The position numbers were made by a program, and so were the translations under genes. From an uncultured delta proteobacterium (GTDB lineage Bacteria; Myxococcota_A; Polyangia; Polyangiales; Polyangiaceae): a stretch of DNA of 64,000 nucleotides. Shown here piece after piece: positions 59,786 to 64,000 of this stretch. The DNA lies in NCBI GenBank assembly GCA_963696385.1, contig CAVOKF010000005.1:1408001-1472000 (forward strand). The letters are read 5' to 3'. The stretch's first letter is position 1; each line of letters starts with the position of its first letter. The notes beneath the pieces are model-generated. The model was given only the letters and a program-made list of their open reading frames with translations. It made no database searches and was not told the DNA's origin.

Positions 59786-61405
59786 CTAATGACCCGCGGC
59801 GGCGCCCCCTGGTCTCGGCTTTTGCGCGAGCCAGACGACCGGGATCATGAGCGCGGTGGCGACCCCCAAGATGAAAAGCGCGTCCAAGTACGCCAGCTGC
59901 GTCGCCTGCTGTACCAGTTGCCTGTACATCGATGCCGTGGCCTGTCGCACTGCGTCCAAAGAGCCAGCGCCCGCGTGCGCGAGTGCCCGCGAGATCGCAT
60001 CGACTCGGTCACGATAGGCCGCATCGTAGCCCGTCGTGTGGGCCGCGAGGTACGCTTGGTGAGTTTGGGATCGCCGGGCGATGAGGGTCGTCACGAATGC
60101 GATCCCGATGTCGCCCCCCATGTTGCGCGAAAGGTTCATGATCCCGCTCACCTGGTTGTACTTCGTCACCGGAACACCGGAGTACGAGATCGTCTGAATG
60201 GGAACGAAGAGAAACGCCAACCCGACCGATTGTATGGCGCGCAGCTCCACTGCGGTCGCAAAGTCCATGTGCAAGTCGATCTTGCGAGTCATATAGAACA
60301 TCGATCCGCTGAGCACGAGGAACCCGAACGCCACCAGCAGGCGCGTATCCGTCTTGCCCACGAGTCGACCGACAAGCGGCAGGAGGGCAATGACGACCAA
60401 GCCTCCGGGCGACAGCGCCATTCCGGCCTGCTGCGCCGTGTACCCCATGAGAACTTGCAAGTACTGTGGAAGAAGGACGGTCGTTCCGAAGAGCGCGATG
60501 CCGAGCATCAGCATCAACGCGTTCGCCACGGCGAAGCTGCGCCGCTTGAACATTCGGATATCCACGATGGGCGCATCGTGGGTCCATTCCCAGGCGATGA
60601 ACGAAACGAGCGACACGGCGGCGACCAGCGAGAAGCCGGTGACGAACGACGAGTGAAACCAATCGTCCTCTTGCCCCTTGTCCAGCACGACCTCGAGGCT
60701 GCCGAGTCCGATCGCGATGAGGGACAACCCCAACCAGTCGACGCCGCCGGCCCGCTCGCGACCCCATTTGAGGTGCGGCGGGTCCGACACGACGCGGTTC
60801 GAGAGAATCAGCGACGCCAGGCCCACTGGGATATTAATGAAAAAGACCCAACGCCACGAGAAGTTATCCGTGATGAAGCCACCCAAGGTGGGTCCAATCG
60901 CCGGTGCCAGCACGACGGCCATTCCGTAAACGGCCATCGCCATTCCGCGCCTTGCGGGTGGAAAGGTGTCCGCCAGAATCGCCTGCTCGCTGGGTCCGAG
61001 GCCCCCGCCGCCAATGCCCTGGAGGATGCGAAAAAAAATGAGAGATGACAGGCTCGGCGCGATGCCACACAAGAACGACGAAGTCGTGAACAGCGCCACG
61101 CAGGTCATATAGAAGCGCTTGCGCCCGATCTTGCTGGAGATCCAGCCGCTGATCGGCAGGACGATGGCGTTCGAAACGAGATAACTGGTAAGCACCCAAG
61201 TGCTTTCGTCTTGGCTCACGCTCAGGCTTCCAGCGATATGAGGAAGCGAGACGTTGGCAATGCTGGTATCGAGGACTTCCATGAAGGTCGCCATCGTGAC
61301 GACCAGGGCGATGACCCAGGGGTTGCGACCTCCGGTCCAGCCGGTCGCGAAGTACGCGGGGGGTCGCCCCTGCTCGGGATCGGGCGCCGACGCGCTTGGA
61401 CTCAT
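59786..61405 (-). CDS. emrB: DHA2-family MFS efflux permease
   Basis: MEVLDTSIANV, WVLTSYL, RILQGIGGG, GPTLGG, WRWVFFINIP, LDKGQEDDWF. Confidence 0.93.
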   Translation of the reverse strand: MSPSASAPDPEQGRPPAYFATGWTGGRNPWVIALVVTMATFMEVLDTSIANVSLPHIAGSLSVSQDESTWVLTSYLVSNAIVLPISGWISSKIGRKRFYMTCVALFTTSSFLCGIAPSLSSLIFFRILQGIGGGGLGPSEQAILADTFPPARRGMAMAVYGMAVVLAPAIGPTLGGFITDNFSWRWVFFINIPVGLASLILSNRVVSDPPHLKWGRERAGGVDWLGLSLIAIGLGSLEVVLDKGQEDDWFHSSFVTGFSLVAAVSLVSFIAWEWTHDAPIVDIRMFKRRSFAVANALMLMLGIALFGTTVLLPQYLQVLMGYTAQQAGMALSPGGLVVIALLPLVGRLVGKTDTRLLVAFGFLVLSGSMFYMTRKIDLHMDFATAVELRAIQSVGLAFLFVPIQTISYSGVPVTKYNQVSGIMNLSRNMGGDIGIAFVTTLIARRSQTHQAYLAAHTTGYDAAYRDRVDAISRALAHAGAGSLDAVRQATASMYRQLVQQATQLAYLDALFILGVATALMIPVVWLAQKPRPGGAAAGH

Positions 61406-62637
61406 CGCACGCGCACTCGCGGTTCGACGCTCATGCCGATGCGAAGTCTCTCGACGCCCGCCTGATCCGGATCCAGCTTGATCCGGACCGGAATACGCTG
61501 AACGACCTTGACGTAGTTTCCCGATGCATTCTCCGGCGGAAGCACGCTCAGCCGTGAACCCGTCGCGCCGCCGATGCTCTCGACGGATCCATTCAGGTCG
61601 ATGTCGAGAGCGTCCACGTGCACGCGCGCTCGCTGTCCCGGCGTCATTCTTTGGAGTTGGGTCTCGCGATAGTTGGCAGTGACCCAGAGCGAATCGGTCT
61701 GGGAGATTGCGATGACCTCTTGGCCCGGCGCGACGTGGTCACCGACGGCGATCGATTTCTTGGCGACGATCCCGGTCACGGGCGCGAGGATTTTGGCGTA
61801 CGAAAGATTCTTTTCGGCTTGTGCGAGTTGCGCGTTGGCGAGCTCGAGCGACGCCTTGCGCCACGTGACCGACGCCTTACGGGTCGCAATCTGGCGTGGC
61901 CCGTTCGACTCGACCTCGACAAATCGGCTCTGCAAGCTGACGATCTGGGCCCGTTGTTGCGCGACGCGGTCTCTCGCCCCCGCGAGCGACTCCTCGAGCG
62001 CATGGACATTGGCGGTGGAGGCAGCCGCTGCATTGGCCCGATTGTCGTAGTCGGATTGGGAGACGGCCCCCTGAGCGAGGAGTTTTTCGGACCGTTGCTT
62101 CTCGAGTTGTGCGGTTCGATCGTTGGCGGCCGCTTGAGCGAGCTGGGCCGTGAGCTGAGCCACTTCCTTGAGTGCGGCTCCGAGCGCCGCCTGCGCGGCG
62201 GCGAGATCCGATCGGGCGGAGGTCAGAGCGCTGGTGTTGGTCGCCACGGTGATCGGCACCGACGGGTCCTCGGCCTGGAGCTGGGCTTCGGCCTGCTCGA
62301 CCTGAGCGTGCGCTTGGTCCACCGCGATTCGAAGATCCGTCGGATCGATTTCGGCCAGCACGTCGTCCGACCGAACCGCTTCATTCTCGACCACGTATAC
62401 GGCACTGACGACGCCGGATGTCCGGGGGCTCACGTTGCTGATGTTGCCATCGACTTCGGCGTCGTCGGTCTCTTCGTAGCGACTCTCGTGAAACCAGTAC
62501 GCGACGGCCGCCGAGGCGACGAGCAGCGCGATCGCGACGGCAAGGACGGTCCGGCGGGCGACCGGGCGGCCCGGTGCGCCGATCGCTGTGCCGGGCGTGG
62601 GTGCGGGGTCTTGAGCCATGGGCGCGGATATCGCCAT
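61402..62637 (-). CDS. emrA: HlyD/EmrA-family membrane fusion protein
   Basis: ETDDA, ANYRETQL, ATGSRLSVLPPENASGNYVKVVQRIPVRI. Confidence 0.93.
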   Translation of the reverse strand: MAISAPMAQDPAPTPGTAIGAPGRPVARRTVLAVAIALLVASAAVAYWFHESRYEETDDAEVDGNISNVSPRTSGVVSAVYVVENEAVRSDDVLAEIDPTDLRIAVDQAHAQVEQAEAQLQAEDPSVPITVATNTSALTSARSDLAAAQAALGAALKEVAQLTAQLAQAAANDRTAQLEKQRSEKLLAQGAVSQSDYDNRANAAAASTANVHALEESLAGARDRVAQQRAQIVSLQSRFVEVESNGPRQIATRKASVTWRKASLELANAQLAQAEKNLSYAKILAPVTGIVAKKSIAVGDHVAPGQEVIAISQTDSLWVTANYRETQLQRMTPGQRARVHVDALDIDLNGSVESIGGATGSRLSVLPPENASGNYVKVVQRIPVRIKLDPDQAGVERLRIGMSVEPRVRVR

Positions 62638-62739
62638 CTTATCCCTCGATCCAGGATCGGAGTTCCAGCCTCTGATGCCGCGGGCACGAGCCGGGTTACG
62701 CATCACCCGGACCGTGTGTCGCGCTTGCCAAGCCGCGTT

Positions 62740-63013
62740 TAGTGCACCGTGCGCGAGCTAGGGCCAAGCATACCCCGCGCAAGGATCCACGCGCCGGTCA
62801 GGAATCGAGCTTGTTGAGTTTGGACGGCATCTTGCGCGGACGGTGCGCTAGAGCCCCGAACACGCTGGATCCCGTCGGCTTTCTGGGGCTTTCTCGCCTC
62901 TCGCGGCGTTGCCCCTCCTTACCCTCCCTGCTGCAGCACTCCTAGTCGCTCGCGCCTTGCGAGAGGCCAAAAGCCTTGAAATCTTCGGTCCGCCAACACG
63001 TTCGGCGCTCCAG
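62740..63013. repeat. Two abutting palindromic REP/MITE-like elements
   Basis: TAGTGCACCGT...ACGGTGCGCTA (62740-62850); CTAGAGCCCCGAAC...GTTCGGCGCTCCAG (62848-63013) with inner GCCTCTCGC/GCGAGAGGC. Confidence 0.6.
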
Positions 63014-63153
63014 CGGCAAGGGTTTGCCTGGCCCTCGCGGCGGCAGGGGGGTGCAAGCGGTTTTGACGGGTCGCCGTGTATCGCGGGCGAGAGCCGATGC
63101 AAGGTGCCGTGGTCGGGGTGATGCGCGGTCGCCCATGGGGTTATAGTGGCGTC

Positions 63154-64000
63154 GTGGACTCGGGCCGCGCGGATCTGACCGTCGTACCGCGCGATGTACT
63201 CGTCATCTGCGAGCGCTTGCGTGGCCACGGCAAGCGGGCTTGGATCGTCGGCGGCTGCGTGCGCGACCTGCTCATCGGACGTGCAGCGAACGACTGGGAC
63301 GTCGCGACCGACGCGCGCCCGGACGATCTGCTCCGCCTGTTCCCGCGTGCCATTCCGACGGGCTTCGAGCACGGCACGGTGACAGTCGTCGCCGCCAGCG
63401 GCCACTACGAATTGACGACCCTGCGGGGCGAGGGGACATACTCGGACGGCCGACGCCCCGATTGGGTGGAGTTCGTCGATGACATCACGGCGGATCTAGC
63501 CCGCCGCGACTTTACGGTAAACGCCATCGCCCTGGACCCCTTGAACGGCCGGATCATTGATCCGTTCGACGGACGGGGCGATTTGGAACGGGGCATCCTC
63601 CGTGCCGTAGGCAACCCAAAGGAACGGTTTGCGGAGGACGGATTGCGCGTGCTGCGGGCTGCACGCTTCGTGGCGACCCTGGATCTGGCTCTCGACCCGG
63701 ACACGGAAAAGGCGATTCAGCCGACGCTCGATACGTACCGTAAGGTAGCTCAGGAACGAGTGCGTGACGAGTGGGTGAAAACCATGATGGCGCGCTGCCC
63801 GTCACGTGCCTTCGAAGTGATGCGCCGAACCGGAATTCTTGAGGTCACTTGCCCCGAGCTTCTCGAGGGCGTCGGCATGGGGCAGAACCGCTGGCACGCG
63901 TTCGACGTGTGGCGACACGGGCTCGAGTGCATGGACGCGTGTTTGGCCGATCCCGCACTTCGAATCGCCGCTCTGCTGCACGACGTCGGGAAGCCAAGGA
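63154..64000 (+). CDS. cca: tRNA nucleotidyltransferase (CCA-adding / poly(A) polymerase family) with HD domain; partial, absent from the ORF track
   Basis: VGGCVRDLL, DWDVAT, ELTTLR, DLARRDFTVNA, FAEDGLRVLRAARF, ALLHDVGKP; open to the window edge. Confidence 0.9.
   Translation, partial: MDSGRADLTVVPRDVLVICERLRGHGKRAWIVGGCVRDLLIGRAANDWDVATDARPDDLLRLFPRAIPTGFEHGTVTVVAASGHYELTTLRGEGTYSDGRRPDWVEFVDDITADLARRDFTVNAIALDPLNGRIIDPFDGRGDLERGILRAVGNPKERFAEDGLRVLRAARFVATLDLALDPDTEKAIQPTLDTYRKVAQERVRDEWVKTMMARCPSRAFEVMRRTGILEVTCPELLEGVGMGQNRWHAFDVWRHGLECMDACLADPALRIAALLHDVGKPR

Overview
High-GC bacterial chromosomal window of mostly core genes. It is almost certainly Myxococcota, probably Polyangiales; this is inferred from a TIGR04563-type small protein, four Hanks-type Ser/Thr kinases and PEGA/TPR exported proteins. 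Housekeeping genes include pheA, ssb, rpmE, prfA, a yitJ-type methionine synthase/MTHFR, apaG, cyaY, iscS-iscU-iscA-hscB-hscA-fdx, glyA, hemL, panD, glyS, trmO, pmbA, scpAB, an emrAB-type pump and a partial cca, plus one tRNA with a CAT anticodon (probably Ile2). I see no prophage, transposase or CRISPR array. The best candidate for an undescribed system is the isc Fe-S operon: it has no iscR/Rrf2 gene and is headed instead by a MerR-family regulator with a Cys-rich C-terminus (C-x2-C-x8-C-x-C-C), preceded by a perfect AT-rich inverted repeat, with a frataxin/truncated-haemoglobin pair just upstream. Other notable items: a lipoprotein with Four-jointed/Fam20-like secretory-kinase motifs, a 6S-RNA-like structure upstream of glyS that the ORF track cannot show, orphan secretion components (SctT/FliR; GspE coupled to a Ycf46-like AAA ATPase), a homopolymer frameshift, a perfect 48-bp VNTR in scpB and CTAG-bounded palindromic elements. 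All family calls come from motif recognition by eye; no searches were run.
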